Assembly (NCBI GenBank): GCA_034780895.1
Contig: JAUZTB010000062.1
Location: forward strand, 5,908,985-5,972,984
Reading direction: 5' to 3'
Origin: Rhynchobatus australiae
Lineage: Eukaryota
Length of the DNA: 64,000 nt
The notes under the pieces were generated by a model. The model made no database searches, was not told where the DNA came from, and saw only the letters and a program-made list of their open reading frames with translations. Position numbers and translations under genes: made by a program. This document shows, in pieces, positions 25,501 to 39,655 of the stretch. The number at the start of each line of letters is the position of its first letter. Positions within the stretch are counted from its first letter, which is position 1.

Positions 25501-27329
25501 TCTGAAATTTTGGGTAGGTTATACTGCCTCCTTGTTTACACCAAGGAAATCTGTTTTTTCTGTGTTAAATGTCAGCTGTTATTAATAAAGAGCAGTATAT
25601 TTCTAAAGTTGTCACTTGTATAATGGGCTGAATGGCCTCATGCTGTAGTTTATCAGCTTTGTGGAAGCATTGGCTTTCCATGGATATGGTCATTGATATA
25701 TCATNNNNNNNNNNNNNNNNNNNNNNNNNNNNNNNNNNNNNNNNNNNNNNNNNNNNNNNNNNNNNNNNNNNNNNNNNNNNNNNNNNNNNNNNNNNNNNNN
25801 NNNNCGAGATAGATTCTCCTGGGAGGAAACAAGTAGGTCATTGATATATCATCAATAAAATCTAATTTTGAATAACTAAGTTTTTGTAATTTCATTCCCA
25901 CATTATAGCTTTTTACCCATTCTAAATTATAAAATAAATTGAAATAACCCTTTAGGTGGTTGTTTAAACTGAATAGACAAACCGACAGGGAAATGGGTGG
26001 ACTGTTGATTTGTCATCTGTGGCTCTTGTTGCATGAACAGTTGCTCAGTTTGGGATTGCATGCAGCTATATTTTCTAGTGATCTGATTATCTAGAGCAAG
26101 GTGGTCTCTGGCTAGATATCTTTGGGGGAATTGGGGTAATATTGCCAGTTACAAGAAGTAAAAGGGAAATTGAACCCTGATCAAAGGTTCTCTGTAGTTC
26201 TCTGCCATTCTGAAAATGTAAAAGGTTTTCCATTAACTAACTTTAATCATCCTTATTACTAATGGTTTACAGAGGGAGTGGCCACTTTGATTCTTTTGCC
26301 TTAGTTGTTGTCACTGCCATTTCCAACAAAATTGTGTGCCTGTTTTGTGCATTAGTTTTTCTGAAATGTTTTAAAAATCTTTTCTAAAACAGCTCAGCTT
26401 GCACGTGTATTANNNNNNNNNNNNNNNNNNNNNNNNNNNNNNNNNNNNNNNNNNNNNNNNNNNNNNNNNNNNNNNNNNNNNNNNNNNNNNNNNNNNNNNN
26501 NNNNNNNNNNNNCAGCTCAGCTTGCACGTGTATTAACTAGTTTGCTGTGCTGTAAACAGTGTCTAAGTTTTCATTTATAAGTGTATAACATCTAAGGAAT
26601 TCAGTTACTCAAGTTTTATGTAGTCAGAGACTTTTCTTCTGCATCAGGCTGGAACTCATGTAAATCTGCAAAGGCTAACTTTCCCATGACCCTCAGAATA
26701 CTGAAGATTGTGCCACATGATCTACATTCTTTGTCTAATGCAATGTGAGATTTAACTTTTTTGGTATTGGAAAATTACTCTTGTAAATAGGAAGTGCCAG
26801 GAAAACAATTCATAACATCCAGAATTGCATGTTCCTTTTTGAAGTCGGCATAAGAAATAAGAAACAGGACTTGAGCATTGACGTATCTGTGTTTGGGAGT
26901 AGACATTCCAGTGATTCATTTTAAGGGTTGCACAATATTACTAGTAAAGCCAATTGCAGAATAGAACATGAGGAATTGGTACCTGAAGGATTTCTGCAAG
27001 TTTCCTCCATTAGAATACTTTAAGGGCTCATTAGTAAATTTGGAGCATTTCACACTGATAACCACCATGATAAATATGCCTATCAAAACATTCTCTTGGG
27101 AAGGATTGTAATAGCAATTTTTTTAGTTTACACTGAAGTTGGTACATTGTCAGATTAAATAGATATTAGTTGCATGATAATAAAGGAAAATTGGGTTAAT
27201 GAAGCTTGAACTGTTTTTGGTAAACACTATCTTCTGAATTTACTGCTTTGTACGTTTGCAGATATTTATGCTGTCATTTCAGTGGTGCAATACAGTCCAT
27301 CACATGGTCAGATAGTGACCAGAAGAGAT

Positions 27330-28810
27330 CTGAACAGGTATAGGCTATTAGGCTTCTTAAGCCTGCTACACCATCGATAAAGATCATGGCAGATCCAACT
27401 TCCTGCTGTCTACCCATCATCCCTGATTTCCCTTCCTGGTTAAAAAATCTATCACAGCTTTGAATATANNNNNNNNNNNNNNNNNNNNNNNNNAAGGAAT
27501 TGCAGACTCTCCTCCCTTTGGGGAGGGGGGGGGGTGGTGGGGAAGATTCTTCCTCATTCAGTGTCATTCTGAGACCATGTCCTTCAATCCTGGACTCTTA
27601 CCAGAGAAGCATGCCCCAGCATTTGCCCTATCAAGAGTCCTGTGTTTCAATAAATCTCACTTGTTTAAATGGTAACTAACCAACTTGGTCAATCCAGGAT
27701 CATCCTAGTGGGTCTTCCCTGAATTGCTTCCAATGATAAAATCTTTCCTTAAATGAGGGGACCTAAACTGTGTACTGTACGCTCGATGTGGTCTTGCTAG
27801 TGCTTAGTATGGTTGTAATAAGACTTGCCTGATTTTATATGCCAACCCCCTTGAAATAAAAGCCAGTTTCCATTAACCTTGCTGACCACCTGCTGCACCT
27901 ATATGCTAGCTTTGTTTCATGTATGAAGAACTCCTTATCCCTTTGTGCTGCAGCTTTCAATGTCTTTCTCCATTTGAATCTATTTTCTTTCTTCCAAAGT
28001 GAGCAACTTCATATTTTCCTGCACTGTCCCCTCAGTTGCAAACTTTTCGACCACTCATTTAACCTATCAATGTCTTTGCAAATTGTTTGCATTCTCACAG
28101 CAAGTCTCCACCCATCACCCCCAATTTTTGCATCACCCACAAATTTGACTACAGTACATTCACTTCCTCAATCATTAATGTAAGCAGCCCTATGCCAGGA
28201 CTAATCCCAGTGGTTACAGGTTGCTGATCTTAAAATGACCCCCTTATCCTCTACTCCCTGCTGGCTAGCTAGTCCTCTATCCATGCTAATGTATTACTTT
28301 CAATGCCATGAGTTTGCAAGGTGACTCTGTGAGGCACCTTGTTAAATCTCTTTTGAAAATTCAAATGTATTATCGTGACTGGTTCCCCTCTACCCATTCT
28401 GGCTCATACTTCCTGAAAGAGCTCTTATTTGCCAGGCGTGATTTCCCCTTGGAGCTATGCTAAATCTGCTTGATCAGGTTATAGCTTTCCAAATGTTTGG
28501 CTATTACTAACTGAATGAGTGATTCTAACATTTTTTTGAATATTAGATACAAGGATATACTGTAGCTATCAGTTCTTTGCTTACCACCCTTTTTGAGTAG
28601 GGGTATCACAGTTTTCCAATTCTTTGGTACCTCTCAAATCTAAAGATTTTTGAAAGATATCAACCAATGTGTCCACCATCTCGGTAGCTGCTACTTTTAG
28701 GATCCTAGCAATGTAAACCATTAGGTCCAGGAAATCACCCTTTAGCCTCTAGTTTATCTCCTCTATTTTTAGTATTATTGGCAGTTGTTTGTTGTCAAGG
28801 CTGATGCAAA
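27330..28810 (-). mobile_element. Old CR1 LINE (RT region)
   Basis: Reverse-complement CR1 motifs (LYx.L.RPH.EY.VQF, DF.K.F.KVPH, GPx tail). Confidence 0.65.
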
Positions 28811-31589
28811 ATATCTAATTCCACAATCTTTAGATGCATATACAATTTGTTGTACTGTATTTTTTTAAAAATAAAATCTCATTTGAGGTGGGAAATGAAG
28901 CACAGATCTACCAAGTGCACCTTCCTGCTGTTGTGCAGGAGAAAAAAATATTTACAACTCCAAGATGTTGTTGAATTTGACTTGGACGTCTAAGGTACTT
29001 ATCCCTACAGCCTTCATTCCTTATTAATTTCTCTTGATCATGTTTTCCTTCCACATGAATGTACCTCCTTTTCTCTTTGAGCTTTGGTCTCTTGTTCTTC
29101 TTATTTACAGCGAATACCTTTACTAATGCATTTACGCCTGATACTTTGAATATTTCTATCATATCATATGCCATATTTTACAATGCCATTTTTGGGGGGG
29201 GTTTGCATAATAAAAGGGGAAGTAAATTTCTGTAATGCGTTCAAAGTGAACCTATCATGGAAAATTCAATGCTGGAGTTGAATCTATGACCTAGAAGTAC
29301 AAGTCATCTCTCGATTCCCAAAAAGCATCTCAAAAGTAAGTTTAAGTTTTTGCTCAAGCAAATTTTTCCTTGGTTATCTGTTGTAATCCACCAATTAAGA
29401 AAACATCTAATAAGAAACTATTCCTTTTTGGTAAAGTACCTTTGGGATGACTGTTACAAAGGAGAAGTAATTTATTGGTTGCTTGGATCACATGCCATTG
29501 GTTTGCTTTTGTAACTTTTGAATAGAAATTTTGGACACAAATTGTATAAATCTAGTAGTTGAAGTAGATTTTCCAGGTTCACATGAAACGGTGATACGTA
29601 TTGGAGTTTGAATACTGATACGAGCTTTGTTTTGGGTGCTGCTTTCATGTTGTGGCACGTCATTTCTAAAGAGATGAGTTACCACTCGTGGTCAATTGAC
29701 TGTTACTCCCATTTTAACCTTGGTAAGTCAAGTCAAATGGATTGGTTCTTCCACTGGTATTTGTATTTGCTTCCTTTGCATCACCCTGCCTGTTGGAGGA
29801 TCGTCTAGAAAGTAAATGGCTTTCTAATCTTTGTCTTGTCAGTTACCTTGCTAGATAGAAGTTGATAAATGGGTCACTCAATATCAAGTCAAAATCCTTT
29901 ACTTTGTTTTCCAAGAATAAAATTAATGTGGCTAAGCAGGAAGAAGTGCTGAATTGGGGTTACCTCTTTCTTGGTAGGTTGCTGTTCATATATTAGATAA
30001 CCTTCATGACATTGCTTTGTAAGAAATTAAGGTTTTCATCTGAAGTAGTAACTGCTTGCAAAATATCAAATGAAGACTTGAATGATAGATTAGTACATCA
30101 GANNNNNGTTAATTAAAATCTCCCCCCTTTCCCCAACCCTGTCCCCAAACTCTCAAAACAACCCTCCATTCCATAACCATGCTGATCATTAGCTAAATGG
30201 AGCATTTAAAGCACTTCAATCCAATAAAGGAGAGATCCAGCTGTCATTTTCTAATAGACTATCTGAACAGCCAATGTGTGAAAAGCCAGAGCCGGAGCAA
30301 AACACATGTACAGTGGTCTTACCTTTGAGTGACTTTTCACTGCATTATGGCAGTGTGGAAACTGTTGTAGTTTTCTCACCACTGTCCTTATTTAAAATAT
30401 TAACTGGAATTCAAATGTTTAAGGTTTGCAATTTTTAAAAAATCATTATTTAGATTAAAGAAATGGGAGACAATAATTGGAACTTGCATGGTGAGCCAAG
30501 TTACCAATGCACACTGAGAACCAACACTTTCTGACATCTGTATTAGTCTCCTGCATATAGGAGTGGACTAAGGGAAATGATTTTACATCAGGGCTTGAGT
30601 CTACAGACGAGGTTATTTGAATTTCTCATCAATTTGGCGCAACTGCCAAATGAAATTTAAAGCAGGTAAAATATGATTGTATTTTGACAGGTACCCAACA
30701 TCCCTTTATTATGCAAAGCTGGAAACTTAATCTATAAAATCAAACTAAATGCTGAAAAAGGATTTTTATCCGTTGAAATGAATATGATTGAAATCTGCCT
30801 TTTAATGAGTGTTCAATTACAAGCTTGGATACCTGTCAAAATGCATAAATCAATAACAAATTTTACCTTGAAGTATTGTGTTCATTTGTCTGTAACATAA
30901 GAAAAAATGAAAAACCTTGTCTGTTCCATTTTGAAATGTTTATCTGGTCAAATGAATGAATTCTGATTATTAACGATGGTGATGTTTTTGTTTATGTTTG
31001 AAGTTAAATTATTGGTGTGTACTGATTAAAACTTGTACCATGTTGAACCTAGTTGTAGTAATGTGCTGGCAGTAAGTGAATAGGTAATGGAGTAGACTGA
31101 TCTAAATGGGTAGTTTCCAGGAAGCTGCCTTAAATTTATTTTGGGCTCCACAAACTTTTACAATACAAATGGTTGAGTAAATTGGAAATGCTACTGTGCA
31201 TAGTTTTTGTTTGTGTCCTGGAGAACTTCAGTGCAGTTGAGGGATACTTGTATCTAAGAGTAGGTGGTTGCTGCATCTTGGCATTGTGAATGGAAACATT
31301 TTACTTTGAGCCAAACAGGAATTTGCTTATTTCATTCACCAGTCATAATAGCAAGTCTATCCATTAAACAGTTAAAGAAAATAACATGCTGGCGCTGCTG
31401 GATATGGTTTATTATTTGCTACATTTTGTTTTCATATTCAAGTTCCTACATTTTGTTGTATGCAAAGCAGGGAGGGGAAATGAGCTGCAAGTGTGTCTGC
31501 TAAATGGGCATGAATGTGGCAAGTGGAAATGATCTAGAGAAATGAGGTTGTATGCATTAGTTGGAAGAAGAGGGATACTGCTTTTTAAG

Positions 31590-32150
31590 CACTGAGGATC
31601 TGGTAAATATTGATGTGCGCTTGGAATACTATAGTTCTGGTTACCTGGGTATAGGAAGGATGTCATTAAGCTAGAAAGAATGCAGAAAAGATTCAGGAGA
31701 ATGTTGCTGGGACTTGAGCTACAAGGAGAGACTGGATAGGCTGGGATTTTTTTTTCCCTGGAGCATAGGAGGCTGAGGGGTGACCTTAAAGGTCTATAAA
31801 ATCATGGAGGGCATAGATAAGGTAACTGGCTGCAGTCTTTATTCTGGCTTAGGGTGGTCTAAAATGAGAGTGCAGAGGTTTAAGGAGAGAAGGGAAAGAT
31901 TTAAGAGGGATCTGAGGGGCAGCTTCCTCATGCAGAGGATGGTTGGTCAATGGAGTGAACTGCCAGAGCAAGTGGTAGAGATGGGTGCAATTACAATGTT
32001 TAAATGACATTTGGATGGGTACATGGTTAGGAAAGGTTTGGAGGGATATGGGCCAAACGCAGACAAATGAGACTAGCTCATATAGACAGCTTGGTTGGCA
32101 TAGATGAGTTGAGCCAAAGGGCTTGTTTCCATGCTGTATGACTCTATATA
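31590..32150 (+). mobile_element. CR1/HER1 LINE 3' fragment
   Basis: RRLRGDL.VYKIMEGIDKV, RFKRDLRGSFLMQRMV..WSELP, ending in gctgtatgactcta. Confidence 0.85.
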
Positions 32151-33043
32151 ACACCACCCCTAGAGCCTTAGTATGCCTCTCTCACCACATTGGGTGTGGA
32201 TTATACAGGAAGATCACAAATCACCTCAAAAATCACAATTAAGTAGGTTTTCAATGCTTTACACATCCTATCTGTTAAACACTTTTCCTTCTCTTGCTTT
32301 GAATGGCCAGCAAACTTCTTCCACCTCTGTGGCTTCTGACATAATCTGCAANNNNNNNNNNNNNNNNNNNNNNNNNNNNNNNNNNNNNNNNNNNNNNNNN
32401 NNNNNNNNNNNNNNNNNNNNNNNNNNNNNNNNNNNNNNNNNNNNNNNNNNNNNNNNNNNNNNNNNNNNNNNNNNNNNNNNNNNNNNNNNNNNNNNNNNNN
32501 NNNNNNNNNNNNNNNNNNNNNNNNNNNNNNNNNNNNNNNNNNNNNNNNNNNNNNNNNNNNNNNNNNNNNNNNNNNNNNNNNNNNNNNNNNNNNNNNNNNN
32601 NNNNNNNNNNNNNNNNNNNNNNNNNNNNNNNNNNNNNNNNNNNNNNNNNNNNNNNNNNNNNNNNNNNNNNNNNNNNNNNNNNNNNNNNNNNNNNNNNNNN
32701 NNNNNNNNNNNNNNNNNNNNNNNNNNNNNNNNNNNNNNNNNNNNNNNNNNNNNNNNNNNNNNNNNNNNNNNNNNNNNNNNNNNNNNNNNNNNNNNNNNNN
32801 NNNNNNNNNNNNNNNNNNNNNNNNNNNNNNNNNNNNNNNNNNNNNNNNNNNNNNNNNNNNNNNNNNNNNNNNNNNNNNNNNNNNNNNNNNNNNNNNNNNN
32901 NNNNNNNNNNNNNNNNNNNNNNNNNNNNNNNNNNNNNNNNNNNNNNNNNNNNNNNNNNNNNNNNNNNNNNNNNNNNNNNNNNNNNNNNNNNNNNNNNNNN
33001 NNNNNNNNNNNNNNNNNNNNNNNNNNNNNNNNNNNNNNNNNNN

Positions 33044-33580
33044 ACCTTGAGGGATATTTGGACTTGGAGCCCACAATCCCTCTGTTCCTCCACACTCCTA
33101 AAAGTCTTGCCATTAATCTTGATTTCTGCCTTCAAATTTTATCTTTGAAAGTGTATCGCTTCACTTTTCTGGGTTGAACTCCATCTGCCCCTTCTTAGCC
33201 CAGCTCTGCATCTTGTCAATGCCCTGTTGCAACCTTATGCACTATCCACACCACCACCAACCTTTGTGTCATCTGCAAACTTAGTAACCTACCCTCCCAC
33301 ATCCTCAGTCGTTTATAAAAATCATCAGGGGTCCCAGAACAGATCCCTGCCGAACACCATTGGTCACCAACCTCTAGGCAGAATACTCTCCATCTACAAC
33401 CACCCTCTCTGTCTTCAATGGGTGAGCCAATTCTGAAATTCTGAATCCACACAGCCAAGATTCCCTGGATCCCATGCCTCCTGACTCTCAGAATGAACTT
33501 TCCATGAGGAACCCTATGAAATGCCTTACTGAAACCCTATGAAAATACCACATCCACTGCTCTACCTTCATCAATGTGCT
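33044..33580 (-). mobile_element. CR1 LINE RT fragment
   Basis: Reverse complement of the SKFADDTKVGG motif (aactttgtgtcatctgcaaactt) and of the VEEQRD.G.Q motif. Confidence 0.8.
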
Positions 33581-34974
33581 TTGTATGTTAACACCCTGTA
33601 TGTTAATTATTTTGATGCTGCCTGCCCTGTTAACCATTTCTAGCTTTGTTTTTACAGCCAAGTTCTTGCAGAGCGGCTTAGTCAGCATGGAGCCTTGTGA
33701 CCTACTTCTGCTTCTGTTTTTGTGTTCTCAGAAGTTAAAAATGCATTGCAGTGAAATGTAGGCCAAAAAAGTTGCTTCCTTTCCTCTGCCTGCTTTTCAA
33801 GATGTGTTTGATTTTTAGGTCGCGTAACGGTACAATGCGCTGAAGTTGAGCTTTGGAATTCCTTCTGATGAATGGAAAATGTCTAAACCATTTTATTAAT
33901 TTATCTGTCTGGCTTCCATTCCCTTAACTGTTTCATCTTGGAGAGCCAAGAGTGACAAAAAAAACTATTTTAGTTTCACTGAGTTTATATCCAAGAAATT
34001 AATATCCACAGAAGAGCTTTACAGTTACTTTGCTACAGTGACAGAAAATTAATGCCTAGATGATTTTATTGATTTTATTACTTGAGTGTTCTGTTTACTG
34101 CTAGTGCTATTTCTCATAGCTGCTTACTGTCTGAATGTTCAGTGTTTACTGTCTGATCAGTAGCTGTTATGCTGTTCATACAAGTATGGAGAGTCTGAGA
34201 TTTGGTCAATAATCGCTTATGAGCTAGCATCAAGCAAAGGCAAATAGGATTGTTTTGGATTTTCTTTTTGTAAAGATTTTGCAGAAACAATGGGGAAGAA
34301 GAAATAACTTTTTGAACTGAAGTTCTACTATTCTGAATTTTTATCGCTTTTTCCAATCAACAAATAATCTTTGCGGCATAGATAATTCTGGGGTCATTTT
34401 GATAGCCCTTTCTCCATAATAAATGCAATGCGCAGGAACACTCCATGTGACACAAACTGCTCTCATTTTATTTGGCCCTTTGAGTTTTAAGAAAATCATA
34501 AAAATGAAAATGTAAAATAGTTGGCTATAAATTAGAACGGATTTTTTTCTGATTTCAATAATTAAACCTCAAAGCTGATTTATGAGTATGACTAGCCCAG
34601 TGCAAACGAGTCTTGTATATTTTCCCCTCTGCCAGGAAAAATTTCTGTGCTGCAGTTTTTAGCTCTGTATCTGGGTTTGAAGTGCAACTTCAGTTTATCC
34701 TGTTCATTTGCTAATAACCATTATTCATTGGCTTCTAGATATGCTAGCACATAAGATCATAACTTACAGCACAGGGAAAAGGCTATTTAGTCCATTGGGT
34801 CCACACTGCCTACAAGAACTATTGAGGTTCATCCCTTTTCCACAGTTTTGGCACATAACCTTGTGGGTTATGGTGCTTTTCAGGTGCTTGAGTGGGAAAA
34901 AAAATCCACTAAACCTCAATTGATAGCTAAGCAAAGTGCTGATCATTCTACGTAGGACTATTTTATTTATAAGA

Positions 34975-35280
34975 AATCAATAGTTGAGTTTATTGTCATA
35001 TGCACAAGTACATGTGTGCACAGGTGCAATGAAAAACTTGCAGCAGCATCACAAGCACACGGCATTATATAAGCAGCATTCACAAGAAAAACATAAATTA
35101 TGCATAATTTTTTACAGGATACAACACAATTAGAAAAAAACTTCAGGCTTCTGTACCTCCTCCCCAATGGTAGCTGTGAGAAGGTGGTGCAGTCCAGATG
35201 GTGGGGATTGTTGATGATGGATGTTGCCTCCTTGAGGCAGCACCTTCTGTAGATACTACCAATGGTGGGGAGGGATATCC
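34975..35280 (-). mobile_element. Rex1-related 3' end / tail element
   Basis: gagtttattgtcatatgcacaagtacatg...gcagcagcatcaca tail, shared with 8555-8790 and 11285-11370, joined to RRYRSLK (Rex1). Confidence 0.7.
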
Positions 35281-36489
35281 ACTCAGTTTCTGATATAAAG
35301 AAAACTGCCTTGGTTTAGTTAATCACTCATAACTAAAATTTTTTAGCCCTGGAAAAATCCTTGTCAATTTCCTCTGTATCATCTCTAGTGCTATATTGAT
35401 ATGTTGCCCAGCACTGTTGCATAACTGTGTTGTGAATATTTCAGTCTGATCTTCATGCTCTCGTGTTCTTGTCTTAACTGAAGGCTAGTATCCTGTATGT
35501 AGTATTAACTAACTTGCCTATTTGTCTTACTCTTTGGATTTGTGGCATGCAGTTCAAGATACCTGTTCTGCACTTATTGGTACCTATTGTATATCAATTT
35601 CCTAAATGTACTGCAACACTAACACTCTTAATTTTCCATCTTGTTAACCTCATCTTGAGATTGGTACTTTTTTTAGGCAATCTTTGATATTGTAGAATTT
35701 TGTGATTCAAAATTGCATCCAAGTATTTAGGCTTTAATTAACTTGCTAAAAGTGAAATAAGCTTTGAAATACAATTTACTGTTTGTCTAACAGTATCATA
35801 TCTAGGACCACATCTGATTTTTTTATTCACTATTGAAAGCTGTCGTTAGAGGCNNNCTAATTACAAGAAGATTTGTGCGTGAATGGCTGTTTCAAGCTGA
35901 TGTTTTAATAGCTAGAAATACTTGGATTGTAACCCTTGCCCTTAGTGAGTGGGTCTGTGATATGCATTAATGAATTGAAATTTGCACTGTTAGACTCTTA
36001 TCAAATCTCTTGGAAACCTTTCAATACTTCACACATTCTGTCAACATTGACTCATTGTCAATTTGTTCATGAGGAATTTTGGTGGTTGAGGTAATGTGTA
36101 TTCTAGGAGTCCAGCAAAAATGGTCATCACTTCAAGTAGACCTTTGGTATGTCCTGAATTGAGAAATAGACCTATTTATTGTTACATTTTGGCACTAGTA
36201 TCTTGTAGAATGTAGGAGCATAAAGCTATTCAGCTGAACAAATTTCTATTAGTTGTGTTCTCCATGAATCATCTGATGGGGTCCTTTTCTCTGACTTGCT
36301 CCATATACCTTTGAATTTCATTTTTGAAAGCACGTTCCATTTTAGAACATGCCTTCAGGAAAAAAACTGAATTCCAGTTATCCTTTGTAAAAGATCTTTT
36401 CCCAATCTCCTATTTAATATTTATTTTAATTGGTGCCTAGCACGAAGACTGAAAACTGATAAATTCTAAGGAATCAATGGTATACATCC

Positions 36490-37510
36490 CAGAGTTGTGA
36501 AAGAGGCTGCTATAAAGATGGTAGATGCTCTGGTTATCACCTTTCAAAATTCTATAGATTCTGGAATTGTTCCTGCAGATTGGAGTGTAACAAATATGGG
36601 CCCACTATTCAATAGACAATAGGAGCAGAAGTAGACCATTCGGCCCTTTGAGTGTTCACAGCCATTTTGAGATCATGGCTGATCCTCAACAATCAATATC
36701 CTGTTCCTGCCTTGTCCCCATATCCCTTGATTCCCCTNNNNNNNNNNNNNNNNNNNNNNNNNNNNNNNNNNNNNNNNNNNNNNNNNNNNNNNNNNNNNNN
36801 NNNNNNNNNNNNNNNNNNNNNNNNNNNNNNNNNNNNNTGAGTTGAGGGTCCACTCTCGGTGCCAGAGACCAGACCTCCGCAACTAGTTCCTGGTAGGTCA
36901 TCCCCACCAACAGTGTCCAAAGTGGTATACCTATTATTGATGGGGACAGCCACAGGGGTGCTCTGCTCTCTCTGCCTGCTCCCCTTCTCTCTCCTGACAG
37001 TTACCCAGTTACTCTCCTCTTGTCTTCAGGAAGAGGAGGAGAGAGAAAATGGTGAAATATCTGATAACATCAGTAGTAGGGAAAGTGGAGTCTATCCTGA
37101 AGGATGAATTAACCAGATGTAGAAACAAACGTGGGATTGAGCATAGTCAGAATCGGGTTTAGTATCACTGACTTGTATATCGTCAAATTTGTTGTGTTGT
37201 GACAGCGCTCTTGCTGATGTTGAGTGTGTGGTGGTTGTGACACCACCCAACCAGCTGATCAAGCTCGCTCCTATGTGCCTCCTCGTCACCACCTGAGATT
37301 TTACCAACAATAGAGTCATCTGTGAATTGATGGGTGATGTTTAAGCTGTGCTTAGCCATGCAGTCATGATGATAGAGAGAGAGTAGAGCAGTGGCCTAAT
37401 TGTGCATCCTTGAGGTGTGCCAGTATTCATTGTCAGTGAGGAGGAGGTGTTATTAGAGATCCATACTGACTGTGGTCTCATGATTGGAAGTGGAGGATCC
37501 AGTTGCAGAA
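36490..37510. mobile_element. Mosaic of CR1 RT (+), CR1 tail and ORF1 (-) and Rex1 (-) fragments
   Basis: FQNSIDSGIVPADW..T (CR1 RT); minus-strand VPINNRYTTLDTVGGDDL (CR1 ORF1-like); Rex1 TLNTG.PQG-like sequence at 37380-37510. Confidence 0.6.
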
Positions 37511-38950
37511 CAGTTATTTAGAACATCCTTAGCCACAGGTGAGGTATTGAAGGAGTGGAGGATAGCTAATGTTCCATTGTTTAAGAAGGGGTCTAAGAAT
37601 AAACCAGGAAGTTATTGGAAGGTATTCTGAGGGACAGGATATATAAATATTTGGATAGACAGGGCCTGATTAGGGATGGTCAACATGGCTTTGTGCATGG
37701 CAGGTCATGTCTAACAATCTCAGATTTTCAAGGAAGTTACCAGGAAGGTTGATCAAGGGAAGGCGGTGGATGTTGTCTACATGGACTTTAGCAAGGCCTT
37801 TGACAAAGTCCCGCATGGGAGGCTGGTCCAGAAGGTTAAGTCTCTTGGCATTCAGGATGAAGTAATCAATTGGATTCAATGTTGGTTTAGTGGGAGAAGC
37901 CAAACGGTGGTAGTAGATGGTTGTCTCTCTGATTAGAAGCCTGAGACTAGAGTGCCACAGGGATTTATGCTGGACCTGTTGTTGTTTATAATCTTTGATT
38001 AGTAATTTAGATGATTATCTGTTCAACTGGATTATCAAAGTGGCGGATGGCACTGAGATTGAGGGCGGAGTGGACAGTGAGGAAAGCTACCAAAGCTTGC
38101 AAAGTGATCTGGACCAGCTGGGAAAATGGGCTGAAAAAGGCAGATGGAATTTAATGCAGACAAGTGTGAGAAGTTGCACTTTGGGAGGACGAACCAGGGT
38201 AAAACTTGCACAGTGAGTGGTAGGGCTCTGAAGGTGTGTGGTAAAACAAAAGGATCTGGGAATACAGATCCATAATTCCTTGGAAGTGGCATCATAGGTA
38301 GATAGGGTTGTAAAGAGAGCTTTTGGCACTTTGGCCTTCATAAATCAGTGCATTGTGTACAGGAGTTGGGATGTTGAAGTTGTACAAGATATTGGTGAGG
38401 CTGAATTTAGAGTATTGTATGCAGTTCTGGTTGCCTACCTACAGGAAAGATAAAAGCTTGAAAGAGCACAGAGAAAATGTACATGAATATTGCTGGGACT
38501 TGAGGACCTGAATTACAGGAATACGATAGGACTTTATCCTTATTCCAAGGATAGGACTTTATTCTGCAGGAGAATGAGGGAGAATCTTGTAGGAATATAC
38601 AAAATTGAGGGGTATAGATATGGTGAATGCATGCAGGCTTTTTCCTGAGGTTGGATGGGACTAGAGCTAGAGGTCATAGGTTTAGGATGAAAGGTGAAAT
38701 ATTTAAGGGGAATCTGAGGGGGAACTACTTCACCCAGGGTGGTGCAAGGGTGGAACGAACTGCCAGCAGATATGATAGATGTGGGTTCCATTGTAACATT
38801 TAAGAGGAGTTTGGATAGGTGCATGGATGAGAGAGGTATAGAGCGCGATGATCCGAGTGCAGATAGATGGGACTAGGCAGGAAACCAGGCTGGCATGGAT
38901 GAGATGGGCTGAAGGGCCTGTTTTTGTGCAGTGGTGCTGTATGACTCTGT
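37510..38950 (+). mobile_element. CR1/HER1 LINE, ~1.4 kb RT plus 3' UTR, degenerate
   Basis: WRIANV.LFKKG, QHGFV.GRSCLT, VDVVYMDFSKAFDKVPHGRL, ADGTEI.G.VDSEE.YQ.LQ.DLDQL..WA, ending in gtgctgtatgactct. Confidence 0.92.
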
Positions 38951-39314
38951 GTGCTGGATAAGAATGTGAAAGTATTTGCAGGACTACGGGGAGTGGGTCC
39001 AACTGAGATTGTTCTTAAAGAGGAAATTTGATGGGCTTAATGGTCTATTTGTCTTGTTCTATGATTATGGTACCCTGTTCTGGTTTTGTATAGCTCCCAG
39101 ATTGAGTGTGTTCCTTCTCCCAATGAACATGCTTCACCAAGTGTTACTAACACGCATCAGGTAGACGTGTAAATTAATATGAAACTCTAATTGTTTGAGT
39201 TTAACTTTAAATCAGCCTGTGGGTTTGTAATTGTTATCCATAACTTTGCTGATTCACTTTCCTTTTCATCTTAGCTGTACAGATCTCCACATTATTTCAG
39301 CACAGTGAAGTAAT

Positions 39315-39655
39315 AGAACATAAGACAGCATAGTACAGGCCCTTCAGCCTGACCTATATAAACCTACTCCCTAATCAGTCTAACCCTTCTCTTCTACACA
39401 GCCCATAACCCTACATTTTTTTTGATTATTCTTACATCCATGTGCCTACTTAAGAGTCTTTTAAATGCCTCTATTGTATCAGCCTCTACCATCACTCCCA
39501 GCAGCGCAGTGCATTCCAGGCACCCACCACTGTTTGGAAAAAATCTACCTCTGAAATCTCTGACCACAATCCCCCCACCCATCTTCCTCCTCTCACGTTA
39601 AACTGGTATTGGTCATTGCCACCCTGGGAAAAAGATGTTGGCTGTCCACTCTGTA
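39315..39655 (-). mobile_element. CR1/HER1 3' fragment
   Basis: ORF 39394-39582 VEADTIEAFKRLL.RHMD plus an inverted tail. Confidence 0.75.

Noticed and set aside
26390-26535. Identical 23-bp sequences flanking a 100-N gap (similar case at 25687/25836)
   Set aside because: Typical overlapping contig ends in a scaffold, not a target-site duplication.
29706-29728. SHFNL followed by gtaagt, resembling another FRMD4A segment
   Set aside because: On the opposite strand to the FRMD4A exon, and the flanking residues do not match.
32173-33177. Long ORFs spanning N runs (also near 7.9, 19.9, 49 and 59.9 kb)
   Set aside because: Artefacts of translating through assembly gaps.
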